Positions 29,445 to 41,415 of a stretch of 64,000 nt of DNA are shown here, piece by piece. The stretch lies in assembly GCA_047602425.1 (NCBI GenBank), contig JASGHG010000001.1:2720001-2784000 (forward strand). Reading direction: 5' to 3'. The translations under genes and the position numbers were made by a program. Source of the DNA: Nibricoccus sp. (GTDB taxonomy: Bacteria > Verrucomicrobiota > Verrucomicrobiia > Opitutales > Opitutaceae). Positions within the stretch are counted from its first letter, which is position 1. Each line of letters opens with the position of its first letter. The notes under the pieces are model-generated. The model had not been told where the DNA came from and did no database searches. It saw only the letters and a program-made list of their open reading frames with translations.

Positions 29445-30944
29445 TCAAGCGAGCGCTTCGGCAAGTTCGGCGATGATGTCTTCGGCGGGTTCGCAACCGA
29501 GGGAAAGGCGGATGAGCTCAGGGTCGAGTCCGCAGGAAGCCAGTGTTTCGCGCCCGCTTTCGCTGGTGACGAGGTCGTAGTGGGCGAGGAAAATGAAAGG
29601 GCAGACCAGCGTGGTTTTCATGCCGAAGCTTGCGCCCTTGGGCAGGCGCAGCCGGTCGTAGAATTCCGTCAAGGGCATGTCGACGGAGAATGAAATCATG
29701 CTGGCAAAAGCGTCGGAGCGGTGCGCGAGACGCAGGAAGTTCTCGCGCGAATCCGGATGGTGCGACCAGCGCAAATTGCGGATGCGCGGATGTTGGCGAA
29801 GAAATTCTAGGACGATGGGAGCTGTTTCGTTAACGCGCGTAATCACGGTCTGGTAGGCGCCGATTTGCGTGGCCAGCCGGGAAATGTCGCGCGAATAAAC
29901 AGGTTCCAAGTGCGAGGGCAGCTGGCGACGGAACTCATCGGCGAACGGACTCTGCGGATTCACGGCCACGGCCCCCATGATGACGTCGCCTTCGTTGGCG
30001 GCGTACTTGGTCAGGCTGTTCACGGCGATGTCGCAATGCGGCAGCACGTCGATGTTGAGCGGCGAGGCGATCGTGGGATCGACGATGAAGAGCGCTCCGT
30101 TGTTGCGACAGAGTTCGCCGATTGCGGGCAGATCTGTCGTTTGGATTAAGGGATTGGTTGGCGTCTCGGTGATGACGCCTGCGATTTCGCTTCCGCGTTC
30201 CGCAAAGATTTTTTGCAGGGCGGCAAGGTCGAAGACGTCGTAGAGGAAGATGTAGTCGCGCGCGGGATCGGCCGTGAATTTTTTCAGGATGGCGATGGTG
30301 TCGAGGTAGAGCCAGCCGAGTTGGATCCAAACCGTGCGTTTGCGCGGTTTTTGGAGCGCGGAGGCGATCCGGAAGGCGGCGTAGATGGCGTTCATGCCGC
30401 TGCACGCGAGGAAGATGTCCTCGGGGCCCGTGCCGAAGGCTTGGGCGACGGCGGTTTTCACGCGTCCCGGCGCATAGCCATCGAAAGAAGGCTCGTCCTG
30501 CAGAACGGAAATTTCGCCGACGCGCAGCAGGTAGTCCTCCGCTTCCCGGGAGGAAAGGAGAGCGCCGGTGTGTTGCAGGAAAGTTTTGGCGCTGGCGAAC
30601 GTCTCGGCATTTTGAGGGAACGCCACGCCGCTGATTCCTTCATGGTGGATGACCTTTGTTTCGACAGGTTTTAACCACGCTTGGAGCGCCTGCGCGGCGC
30701 CTTGGGAGGCGGTGAGCCAGGCCTGTTGCCCCGCGAGGCCGAGTTGTTTCACGACGTGTTCGGCTGCCTGCTTCAGGTACGGATGTTGCACGAAGCGCGG
30801 GTATCCGGAACACAGGTGGCGCATCGTCTCAGGGGCCTTCGTCTCGTAGCCAATAATATCGCCCATGGTCGGCAGGCTGCAGGAAACGCCATGGACGCTG
30901 GCGGGAATGCGTTTACCGAGAGGAATGTGAGTGAAGGCGGACAT
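29445..30944 (-). CDS. PLP-dependent Cys/Met metabolism enzyme, cystathionine gamma-synthase-like
   Basis: Motifs 'SGMNA', 'ETPTNP', 'VDPT', 'SLTKY' (PLP Lys), 'GASFG', 'LIRLSLGCE'. Confidence 0.85.
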   Translation of the reverse strand: MSAFTHIPLGKRIPASVHGVSCSLPTMGDIIGYETKAPETMRHLCSGYPRFVQHPYLKQAAEHVVKQLGLAGQQAWLTASQGAAQALQAWLKPVETKVIHHEGISGVAFPQNAETFASAKTFLQHTGALLSSREAEDYLLRVGEISVLQDEPSFDGYAPGRVKTAVAQAFGTGPEDIFLACSGMNAIYAAFRIASALQKPRKRTVWIQLGWLYLDTIAILKKFTADPARDYIFLYDVFDLAALQKIFAERGSEIAGVITETPTNPLIQTTDLPAIGELCRNNGALFIVDPTIASPLNIDVLPHCDIAVNSLTKYAANEGDVIMGAVAVNPQSPFADEFRRQLPSHLEPVYSRDISRLATQIGAYQTVITRVNETAPIVLEFLRQHPRIRNLRWSHHPDSRENFLRLAHRSDAFASMISFSVDMPLTEFYDRLRLPKGASFGMKTTLVCPFIFLAHYDLVTSESGRETLASCGLDPELIRLSLGCEPAEDIIAELAEALA

Positions 30945-31067
30945 TGGCTGCGAAGTGAAACGAGGAAGTAGACATGCCTAGCCACTGGGCGGCGGCAGGC
31001 GAACAAAAAGACAGCGATCGCAGTTTGCCTTTGCGCGCCCGGTGCATTTCATGGCGCTTTTTCCCGC

Positions 31068-31826
31068 ATGAAACTTGTCTCGTGGAACGTGAATGGCGTG
31101 CGCGCCGTGCTTAAAAAGGATTTGTTGAAGATCATGGATGCTTTTGACGCTGACGTGATTTGTTTTCAGGAAACCAAGGCGCATCCAGGCGATGTGCAGC
31201 ATGTAGCCTGGGCGCATGGCTACGAGGCGTTTTGGAACTCGGCGGTGAAAAAAGGCTACAGCGGCACGGTCGTCTTCACGCGGGAAAAACCGCTCAACGT
31301 GACGAATGGCATTGGTTCGGCCGCGCATGACGGCGAGGGGCGCGTGATCACCGTGGAGTTTGCCGATTTTTATCTGGTTAACGTCTACCAGCCGAATTCG
31401 CAGCGCGGGCTCACGCGGCTCGACTACCGCGTGAAGGAATGGGATCCGGCCTTCCGCGCCTACCTCAAGAAGCTCGACAAGAAAAAGCCGGTGGTCTTTT
31501 GCGGCGATCTCAACGTGGCGCACACCGAGATCGATCTGGCCAATCCGAAGACCAACCGTCGCAACGCCGGATTCACCGACGAGGAGCGCGCGAGTTTTTC
31601 CGCGCTGCTGGCCGAGGGGTTTGTCGATACGTTTCGCGAGTTCGAAAAAGGCCCCGGCCATTATACTTGGTGGAGCCAGATGGCCAACTGCCGGGCGCGC
31701 AACATTGGGTGGCGCGTCGATTACTTTGTCGCTAGCGAAAGGTTTAAGCCATCGCTTAAGAAGGCATTTATCAGTCCCGACGTGATGGGCAGCGACCATT
31801 GCCCGGTCGGATTGGAGTTGAAATGA
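31068..31826 (+). CDS. xth: Exodeoxyribonuclease III / AP endonuclease
   Basis: Motifs 'SWNVNG', 'QETK', 'CGDLNVAH', 'GWRVDY', 'GSDHCP'. Confidence 0.96.
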   Translation: MKLVSWNVNGVRAVLKKDLLKIMDAFDADVICFQETKAHPGDVQHVAWAHGYEAFWNSAVKKGYSGTVVFTREKPLNVTNGIGSAAHDGEGRVITVEFADFYLVNVYQPNSQRGLTRLDYRVKEWDPAFRAYLKKLDKKKPVVFCGDLNVAHTEIDLANPKTNRRNAGFTDEERASFSALLAEGFVDTFREFEKGPGHYTWWSQMANCRARNIGWRVDYFVASERFKPSLKKAFISPDVMGSDHCPVGLELK

Positions 31827-32332
31827 AGAATGTGCGCACGCTGCCGCAGGAATTGAAGCACCTGATGCTGGCCGCGCCGAAGCTCACGCTTGGCGTGGCT
31901 GAAAGCCTGACCTGTGGAAATTTACAGGCGAAGATTGGTTCGGTTTCGGGTGCATCGGAGTTTTTTTGCGGCGGGCTGACGGCCTACGCGTTGGAACAGA
32001 AAGTGCGGCATCTGGGCGTAGAGCGGGCGCAGGCCGAAGCAGTGAATAGCGTCTCGGCTCCGGTGGCCGAGCAGATGGCCTTGGGCGCATCCCGGCTTTT
32101 TGGGACGGATTTGGGTCTGGCCACGACGGGTTACGCGGAACCGGACCCCGGGCGGAATGTGCGCGAACCTTTTGCGTTTTGGGCCTTGGCGCATGTTCGG
32201 CCCGGCAAGGAAACCTTAGTGTTTAGCGGGCGAATCGAGTGCGTCGGGGCCAGCCGTACCGAGGCCCAGCAATGGGTGGCCGATGCGGCGCTGGGCGAAT
32301 TGGTGGGATATCTGGCCAAACTGCGGGCGTAA
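31823..32332 (+). CDS. CinA C-terminal / NMN amidohydrolase (PncC-like)
   Basis: Motifs 'AESLTCG', 'SGASEFFCGG...Y...K', 'ATTGYA'. Confidence 0.85.
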   Translation: MKNVRTLPQELKHLMLAAPKLTLGVAESLTCGNLQAKIGSVSGASEFFCGGLTAYALEQKVRHLGVERAQAEAVNSVSAPVAEQMALGASRLFGTDLGLATTGYAEPDPGRNVREPFAFWALAHVRPGKETLVFSGRIECVGASRTEAQQWVADAALGELVGYLAKLRA

Positions 32333-32345
32333 CCGGTTTTTTTTA

Positions 32346-32714
32346 TTACAATCCTCGCGCTTCCACTTCGTCCTCGTCCCAACCGAGATAGTGACCAAGT
32401 TCGTGCAAGTAGGTGAGTTTAACCTCCTCATCATAACGGGATGGTTCGCCTTCGGCCTCGTCGTAAATGTTTTCGAGAAAGAGGAAAATCTGCGCGGGAA
32501 CCGCGTTGCCTGTTCCGCTTTCGAACCCCCGGGGTTCGCCCACGAAAAGCCCCATGATGTCATCTTCGAATTCGCCACCCAAAATCTCTGCACTCGGCCA
32601 GTCGTGGTAGCTGACGGGTAGTTTTTGCGCGAGGGCGTGGAGCTCCGGCGGCAGCTTTTTCTGCGTGCGGGCAACGACTTGCTGGGCGCGGGCAATGAGT
32701 TGCGAATCTGTCAT
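32346..32714 (-). CDS. Minimal zincin-like metallopeptidase family protein
   Basis: 'MGLFVG', 'TYLHELGHYLG' (HExxH). Confidence 0.85.
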   Translation of the reverse strand: MTDSQLIARAQQVVARTQKKLPPELHALAQKLPVSYHDWPSAEILGGEFEDDIMGLFVGEPRGFESGTGNAVPAQIFLFLENIYDEAEGEPSRYDEEVKLTYLHELGHYLGWDEDEVEARGL

Positions 32715-32719
32715 CGGCC

Positions 32720-32746
32720 TGAAACATTTCCCACCTATCCGGCGTC
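32720..32746 (+). promoter_or_regulatory. Putative ECF promoter (TGAAAC-N17-CGTC)
   Basis: Lies in the 70-nt divergent gap upstream of the Spy-like gene. Confidence 0.55.
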
Positions 32747-32784
32747 TGTGCAAGTGTTCACAAAAACATCAAATTCATCACACT

Positions 32785-33237
32785 ATGAAAAGCATGCTCA
32801 AATTACCCCTGGTAGCCGTCGCCTTCGCGCTCGCCGTTCCGTTCTCGTTCGCCCAAGAAAAAGACGCTCCGCCGCCACCTCCTCCGGGCGAACACGGCCC
32901 CAAAGACGGCCCTGGCCGTGGTGGTCCGCGTGGGGACCGTTTTAAGATGCTGGTTGAGAAGCTGGGTCTGACCGAGGATCAGCAGGCCAAGATCAAGCCA
33001 ATCCTCGCCGAGGAAATGCAGGCCATCAAGACGGTGCGCGATGACGCTTCTTTAGAGCGTGAAGCCAAATGGACGAAGATTCGTGAAATCATCCAGGCTC
33101 ACAATGAGAAGATCAAACCGATCCTCACGCCTGAACAGCTCAAGAAGCTTGAGGAAATGAAAGACGATTTTCGTGGTCGCGGTCCGGGCGGTCCCGGCGG
33201 CCCTCGCAAGGAAAAGGGCGACAAGCCCAAGGAGTAA
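32785..33237 (+). CDS. Spy/CpxP-like periplasmic LTxxQ protein
   Basis: Signal peptide; 'LGLTEDQ' and 'ILTPEQ' motifs; G/P/R-rich flanks. Confidence 0.85.
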   Translation: MKSMLKLPLVAVAFALAVPFSFAQEKDAPPPPPPGEHGPKDGPGRGGPRGDRFKMLVEKLGLTEDQQAKIKPILAEEMQAIKTVRDDASLEREAKWTKIREIIQAHNEKIKPILTPEQLKKLEEMKDDFRGRGPGGPGGPRKEKGDKPKE

Positions 33238-33273
33238 TCTCAGTCGCATCTCCCGCGCGTTTCAGTTTTTTCG

Positions 33274-33306
33274 ACGCCGGTCCGTTTGGGCCGGCGTTTT
33301 CTTTTT
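33274..33306 (+). terminator. Rho-independent terminator
   Basis: ACGCCGGTCC-gttt-GGGCCGGCGT followed by a T-rich tract. Confidence 0.7.
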
Positions 33307-33342
33307 GGACACGAGCGGGCACGCCGCGCACCATGGCGGCCC

Positions 33343-34584
33343 ATGAGCAAACTTCGCATTATTGTCGCAGGTGGCGGCGCCGCCGGCTTTTTTGCCGCCA
33401 TCGCGGCGGCCGAGGCGAATCCGGCGGCGGAGGTGCTCCTCTACGAACTGACGGCTAACCTCCTCGCGAAGGTGCGCGTTTCGGGCGGCGGCCGCTGCAA
33501 CGTCACGCATTCCTGCTTCGAGCCGTGTGAATTAGTGAAACGTTATCCGCGCGGCGGTCGCGAATTGCTCGGGGCATTTTCCCGCTGGCAACCCCGCGAT
33601 ACGATCGCGTGGTTCGAAACGCGTGGCGTGGAACTGAAAACCGAGGACGACGGGCGGATGTTCCCGGTAACGGATGATTCGGCAACGATCGTGGATTGCC
33701 TGGTGCGCTCGGCCGAAAAAGCCCACGTTAAAATTCGCACGGGTTGTGGCATCACCGAGGTGCAGCCTTTGCCGGAAGGCGGCGGATTTTTGCTCACGCT
33801 CACGGGTGGCGAGACGACTGGCTGCGACCGATTGCTCATCGCCACCGGCGGCGGTAAAATGGCGGGCGGTCTCGGCTTGGCACAGAAACTCGGCCACACC
33901 ATTGAGCCTCCGGTGCCCTCGCTTTTCACATTTCACATCGACGATCCGCGCCTCAAAGATCTGGCCGGGCTCGCGGTCGAAAACGCCGCCGTGTCTGTAT
34001 CGGACTTTAAACTACGCGAAACGGGGCCGGTGCTGATTACGCACTGGGGGCTGAGCGGGCCCGCCATCCTTCGGCTTTCCGCGTGGGGCGCGCGCTCGCT
34101 GCAAGGCGTCGATTATAAATTTCCCCTGTTGGTCAACTGGCTGGCCGGCCGCAACGTGGATCAGGCGCGGGGCGAACTTGTCGCGGCGCGCGCATCAAAC
34201 GCTCGCAAGCAGATCGGTACATGGAATCCGCTTTCGCTGCCGTCGCGGTTATGGGAGCGCTTACTGATGGCGGCAAACGTGCCGGCGACCACCATCTGGA
34301 GCAATTTGTCGAACCAGGCGGCAGGCGCCATTGCGACACAGGCCGCTGCGGGCATTTTCCAGGTAAATGGCAAGAGCATGAACAAGGAGGAGTTCGTGAC
34401 CTGCGGCGGCGTGAAACTGGGGGAAGTTGATTTCAAGACCATGCAGAGCCGCGTGCGGCCGGGCCTGTTTTTCGCCGGCGAGGTGCTCGATATCGACGGG
34501 GTGACGGGTGGTTTTAACTTTCAGGCAGCCTGGACCACCGGCTGGCTGGCCGGAAAGGCGATGGCAGCAGGTTCGTTGTCATGA
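33343..34584 (+). CDS. HI0933/BaiN/YhiN family flavoprotein
   Basis: Motifs 'GGGAAG', 'KVRVSGGGRCNVT', 'THWGLSGP', 'VTCGGV', 'GGFNFQAAW'. Confidence 0.93.
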   Translation: MSKLRIIVAGGGAAGFFAAIAAAEANPAAEVLLYELTANLLAKVRVSGGGRCNVTHSCFEPCELVKRYPRGGRELLGAFSRWQPRDTIAWFETRGVELKTEDDGRMFPVTDDSATIVDCLVRSAEKAHVKIRTGCGITEVQPLPEGGGFLLTLTGGETTGCDRLLIATGGGKMAGGLGLAQKLGHTIEPPVPSLFTFHIDDPRLKDLAGLAVENAAVSVSDFKLRETGPVLITHWGLSGPAILRLSAWGARSLQGVDYKFPLLVNWLAGRNVDQARGELVAARASNARKQIGTWNPLSLPSRLWERLLMAANVPATTIWSNLSNQAAGAIATQAAAGIFQVNGKSMNKEEFVTCGGVKLGEVDFKTMQSRVRPGLFFAGEVLDIDGVTGGFNFQAAWTTGWLAGKAMAAGSLS

Positions 34585-35525
34585 TGTCCTATTGGGAAAT
34601 TCTTTTGCTCATCCTGCCGGTCTTCGCGTTGATCGCGATTGGTGTGGGCTTGCGCCGGCTTTCGTGGCTCACGACCGAGGCCGATGCCAGCCTGCTCAAG
34701 GTCGTGGTGAACTACCTCTACCCGTGTCTCATCCTGGATAATGTCCTGAACAACGAGGCGCTTCGCAATCCCTCGAATCTTCTCCTGGCGCCGCTTACCG
34801 GTTTTGGCCTGATGTCATTGTGTATTGGAATTGGTTTGGTAGCGGCGCGGACGATCGGACTCAAGAAAGGCGAGGGGCTGCGCACTTTCGCGTTTGCCGT
34901 TGGCATCAACAACTACGGCTACATCCCCATTCCGCTCATGACAGCGCTGTTTGGTGCGGACAGCGTGGGCTTGTTGCTCGTGCACAATGTCGGTTGCGAA
35001 GCCGCCATCTGGACCGTGGGGATTTTTGTGCTAACTGGGTTGTCGTGGCGCGAGGGCTGGAAGAAACTCGTCAATCCACCGGTGATCGCGTTGATCCTCG
35101 CGGTGGCGGGCAATCTACTTCACGTCGGTCCGCATCTGCCCGACGTGGTAACGGTGACCATTCACCAGAGTGCGGTCTGCGCAATTCCTCTCGGGTTGAT
35201 CTTGATCGGAGGCGTGCTGGACGAATTTCTTGGCCAGCCTCGTTCGCTTTTCGATCCGAGTATTTCGATGGCCTCGTGTTTGTTACGGCTGGCCATTTTC
35301 CCCGTGCTTTATCTGCTGATGGCAAGATTTCTGCCCTGCACGCTGGAATTGAAACGCATCATCATCGTTGAAGGTGCGATGCCGTCGGGAATTTTGCTGA
35401 TTGTGATCGCCAAGCATTACGGCGGCCATCCACTGACCGCGGTGCGCGTGGTGATCGGCACGACGGCGGCGGGAATCCTTGTCATACCTTTGTGGATACG
35501 GCTGGGCCTGGCGTGGGTGTTTTGA
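34581..35525 (+). CDS. AEC (auxin efflux carrier) family transporter
   Basis: About 10 TM helices; 'NNYGYIPIPL', 'NPP', 'AMPS'. Confidence 0.88.
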   Translation: MMSYWEILLLILPVFALIAIGVGLRRLSWLTTEADASLLKVVVNYLYPCLILDNVLNNEALRNPSNLLLAPLTGFGLMSLCIGIGLVAARTIGLKKGEGLRTFAFAVGINNYGYIPIPLMTALFGADSVGLLLVHNVGCEAAIWTVGIFVLTGLSWREGWKKLVNPPVIALILAVAGNLLHVGPHLPDVVTVTIHQSAVCAIPLGLILIGGVLDEFLGQPRSLFDPSISMASCLLRLAIFPVLYLLMARFLPCTLELKRIIIVEGAMPSGILLIVIAKHYGGHPLTAVRVVIGTTAAGILVIPLWIRLGLAWVF

Positions 35526-35536
35526 AGGCGGGAAAT

Positions 35537-35566
35537 AAAAAAAGCCGCAGCGTGAGACTGCGGCCT
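35537..35566 (-). terminator. Rho-independent terminator after the tonB-like gene
   Basis: A7-GCCGCAG-cgtgaga-CTGCGGC on the + strand. Confidence 0.7.
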
Positions 35567-35590
35567 TGGGAAAAATTTCTCGGACTGCGC

Positions 35591-35965
35591 TCAGGATTCG
35601 TCGAGGCTGAACTTGATCGGGATGACGAGGCTGATCTTGACCGGCGCGCCGTCTTTTTTGGCGGGCGTGAATTTCCAGCCCTTCACCGCGTTAACGGCGG
35701 CTTGTTCGAAGCCAGGATTGCTCGATTTCGAAACGGAGCAGTTGGTGACGATACCGCTTTCGTCGATTTCGACTTTAACGGCGACGACGCCTGAAACGCC
35801 GTCACGGCGCAGGTTCGCCGGATATTCCGGCGGCGGTGTTTTGACCGGCGTCGGGCGGACGTCGAACGCCGCATTTTCGGCTGCCGTGGCGGACAGCGCG
35901 GAAATAGAGCCCAGCACGAAGCTGAGAGACAGAACTTTCAGGACAGAAGACTTAACGTGTTTCAT
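35591..35965 (-). CDS. Short TonB C-terminal domain protein
   Basis: Signal peptide; 'PEYP...GVSGVVAVKVEIDESG', 'WKFTPAKKDG'. Confidence 0.88.
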   Translation of the reverse strand: MKHVKSSVLKVLSLSFVLGSISALSATAAENAAFDVRPTPVKTPPPEYPANLRRDGVSGVVAVKVEIDESGIVTNCSVSKSSNPGFEQAAVNAVKGWKFTPAKKDGAPVKISLVIPIKFSLDES

Positions 35966-36135
35966 AGATTCGAAGCCGTTTTTGAACGCGGCGGGGAATT
36001 TGTTAGCAGTCATTTTACGCTTGTGGAGGGAAAACAGGCGAACCGGGGAATGAACCCCAGAAAGCGTTGGGAGTTTGCTCGGATTTCCGCTTGCGAAACC
36101 ACCCCAGCGCGTTGCTATGGCGGGCTCTTTTCACG

Positions 36136-38484
<2,349 letters not shown>

Positions 38485-38536
38485 GAACAGGCTGATTCTC
38501 TGGTTGGCAGCGAATCAGCCGAGCATCTTCCGATAC

Positions 38537-41026
38537 TTACTTCCGACGCGCAGCTGCTCGCATCGCGATTGCTGCGCTCAAAGCTGCGAAATACCAGAGT
38601 CCGACCGCTCCACCACCACCGCTGTTACCTGGGGCTGGAGATGGCGCGGGCGCGCCCGACGAAGAGCTACTTGAGCTGCTCGAAGAGGAGGATGACGAGG
38701 AACTTGAGCTGCTGCTCGAAGAAGAGCTGGAGGATGACGACGAACTAGAGCTGCCATTGGCCGTCAGGACAGCGACTCCCATTTGAGTGACGCCGCTCGA
38801 CGACGCAGTTGTTCCCGACAGCAGCAAGCGGCCATCGTCCGCAAAAGAAATCCCGTACGCGAACCGGTCCGTCAGATCTGGAACAGAAAAATTAGTATCC
38901 AAGGTGCCATCGGCGTTCAACCGGACGACGCCGCTCACGGAGACGCCATTGTACGAATCGAAGTCGCCGGAAACAACCACGCGTCCGTCGGTTTGAATGG
39001 CGATAGCTTCGATGTCTGGATTGGAGCCACCCAAGGTAAAACCAGTGCCGGTCGCAAATGTTGTATCCAGCGTGCCGTTTGTATTCAGACGAGCAATACC
39101 GTTGCGGGATGTGCTGTTGAACGTCGAGAACGAGCCGCCGGCAAGAATACGACCGTCGCTTTGCACCGCGACGGCGGTTACCGTCCCATCGAATCCGGTG
39201 CCAGGCGAAAAAGAGGTGTCGAGACTTCCATTGGTATTTAGGCGTGCGATGCGGCCCCGTGAAGTGCCATTGAAGGAAGTGAATGAACCGCCGGCCACAA
39301 TTCGGTTGTCCGACGGCTGCAGCGCTATCGCATACACGTAAGAGTTGAACCCTGTTCCGACGTTGAACGCGCTATCGGCCGTTCCGTTGGAGTTGAGTCT
39401 CACAATGTAGTTTTGCGATGCATCGTCGTACGTGGAGAAAAAGCCGCCCACCACAAGGCGTCCATCGGGCTGTTGTACGATTGAAGTAACACCTCCGTTG
39501 AATGCAGTGCCGGGATTGAAACTGGTATCGCGCCCTCCGTCGGCGTTGAAGCGCGCAATTCGATTCAAGGACACACCATTTAGTTGAGTAAAGAAACCGC
39601 CCACCACGATTCGATCGTCGGCTTGCACGACCACCGTATTGACGTCGCTGCCGCTAAAGACGCTGGTGTTGAAGGTGGTGTCCAACGTGCCATTGGCGTT
39701 CAATCTCGTGAAGTAATAACGAACGATATTGTTCACTAAATTGAAGGAGCCGCCTACAATAAACTTTCCATTTGCAAGAGGTACAATGTGGGCGGCGCCC
39801 GCGGTCCGTGAATTGCCGCTTAGCGCGGTGTTCAACGCCCCCATGGAGGTCAAACGGGCGATCCCCGGGGTGGCTGTGCCATTGAAATTTAGGAACGATC
39901 CACCTGCGATAATGCCGCCACCCGATTCGATCATGAGAGCATAGACGTTGCTGTCGAACCCAGGGCTAGGAAGAAACGTCGGATCTACTGTACCATCGTT
40001 TTTCAGGCGAATGATATTGCTCCGGGCGATGCCATTATAACTGGAGAAAAATCCCCCGGCCAAAATCATGCCGTCGGATTGCAGCGCCACGGAAGCGACG
40101 CTGCCATTAAATCCGGAGCCTATGACAAAACTTGTATCCAGCGTGCCATCGGTGTTGACGCGTGCGATGTAGTTTTGCGCGGTTCCGTTGAACTGCCCAA
40201 AAAGTCCCGCCGCGATGATCTTTCCATCGGATTGCAGGGCTACGGAAGAGACAGAGGAATCAAAACCCGTGCCAGGATTGAAGGATGAATCCAAAGATCC
40301 ATCGGAATTCAGGCGGGCAATACCCGTGCGAGAGGCGCCGGTGCTCGGGATAAACAGTCCACCAGCGATAATTTTTCCACCGGATTGCAGTGCCAGTGAA
40401 AACACAGTTCCATTGAATCCGGTCGGCGGAACGAATGTCGTGTCCAAGGCTCCCGTCGATGTTAGCCGGGCAAGACCACGGCGCGTCGTTCCGTTGTATT
40501 GAGTGAAGGTACCACCTGCCAAAACAGATCCATCTGATTGCACGGCGAGAGTGCGCACGCGGCCGTTGAAACCGCCGCTGGTGCTGCGAAACGTCGAATC
40601 AAGCAACCCATTTGGGAGCAGACGCGCAATGCCGCCACGAGCCGAACCATTCACCTGGGTAAAATCACCGGCGATCAAGATATACCCGTCGGATTGAACT
40701 GCTATCGCACGGATGCTGCCATTCGGCGCGAGGCTGGAACTAAACGCCAAGTCCAAGGTGAAGTCGGAATTGAATTTGGCGACATAGCTGCGCGATCTGC
40801 CTGCGATGGTTGTGAAGTCGCCACCAACGATAAAACCGCCGTCCGAGGTTGCGGCGACGGCATTGATGATCGCGTTGCTTTCCAGCGCGGTCGCAAATGT
40901 GGGATCGACCCGATAGGTATCCCCATAAGTGATCGCTGCTTGAGCGAGGGCGGTCCCGAAGAAAATCCCGAGAAAACCGAATTTGAAAAGAAGGGTCACT
41001 ACACCACCAAAAGAAGATGATTTCAT
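38537..41026 (-). CDS. Secreted delta-60 repeat beta-propeller protein with poly-Ser linker and GlyGly-CTERM-like anchor
   Basis: Signal peptide; 13 full plus one split 'V..Q.DG.I..GG.F...NG.....IARL..DG.LD..F' repeats; 32 Ser; tail 'GGGGAVGLWYFAALSAAIAMRAAARRK'. Confidence 0.88.
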   Translation of the reverse strand: MKSSSFGGVVTLLFKFGFLGIFFGTALAQAAITYGDTYRVDPTFATALESNAIINAVAATSDGGFIVGGDFTTIAGRSRSYVAKFNSDFTLDLAFSSSLAPNGSIRAIAVQSDGYILIAGDFTQVNGSARGGIARLLPNGLLDSTFRSTSGGFNGRVRTLAVQSDGSVLAGGTFTQYNGTTRRGLARLTSTGALDTTFVPPTGFNGTVFSLALQSGGKIIAGGLFIPSTGASRTGIARLNSDGSLDSSFNPGTGFDSSVSSVALQSDGKIIAAGLFGQFNGTAQNYIARVNTDGTLDTSFVIGSGFNGSVASVALQSDGMILAGGFFSSYNGIARSNIIRLKNDGTVDPTFLPSPGFDSNVYALMIESGGGIIAGGSFLNFNGTATPGIARLTSMGALNTALSGNSRTAGAAHIVPLANGKFIVGGSFNLVNNIVRYYFTRLNANGTLDTTFNTSVFSGSDVNTVVVQADDRIVVGGFFTQLNGVSLNRIARFNADGGRDTSFNPGTAFNGGVTSIVQQPDGRLVVGGFFSTYDDASQNYIVRLNSNGTADSAFNVGTGFNSYVYAIALQPSDNRIVAGGSFTSFNGTSRGRIARLNTNGSLDTSFSPGTGFDGTVTAVAVQSDGRILAGGSFSTFNSTSRNGIARLNTNGTLDTTFATGTGFTLGGSNPDIEAIAIQTDGRVVVSGDFDSYNGVSVSGVVRLNADGTLDTNFSVPDLTDRFAYGISFADDGRLLLSGTTASSSGVTQMGVAVLTANGSSSSSSSSSSSSSSSSSSSSSSSSSSSSSSSSGAPAPSPAPGNSGGGGAVGLWYFAALSAAIAMRAAARRK
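38657..38752 (-). repeat. Poly-serine coding tract (32 codons, all six Ser codons used)
   Basis: Translated by hand from the minus strand. Confidence 0.9.
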
Positions 41027-41415
41027 GTGAACAAGGATTGGCCTAAAATCGATCTAAGCATCGTCATAACAGCGCTCCTGCACAGGACGACACAAGAAGC
41101 AAATGGTGAAAATGTTATCTAAAACGCCAATCGGGCGTATTAGATAATGTCTTTATAAAAATGCAGCTTTGGGAAGTGCTTTGTTGAATAGTTAGTCAAC
41201 GAGTCGCTGACTTCGCATCGGGAGCGGGATCGCTTCTTATTTTATAGAAATCGGTCCGCCGACGAAATTTCACATGTTTCCTTAGTCAAAGTGACCCATT
41301 AGGTTACTTTGGTGTCTGGAGGGCGGCGGCATAGTTGATGAGCCCGATCTTGAGAAAATTAAAGAAGCCCGAATTTCACCCATTCTTTCGCTGTAAACCC
41401 GGTCATCGATCCTGG

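Noticed and set aside
38490..38520. Hairpin GGCTGATTC...GAATCAGCC between tex and the propeller gene as a REP/MITE
   Set aside because: Only one copy seen in the window; more simply a hairpin between convergent genes.
38657..38752. Ser tract as a microsatellite or phase-variation locus
   Set aside because: Codons are mixed, with no perfect short-unit tandem repeat.
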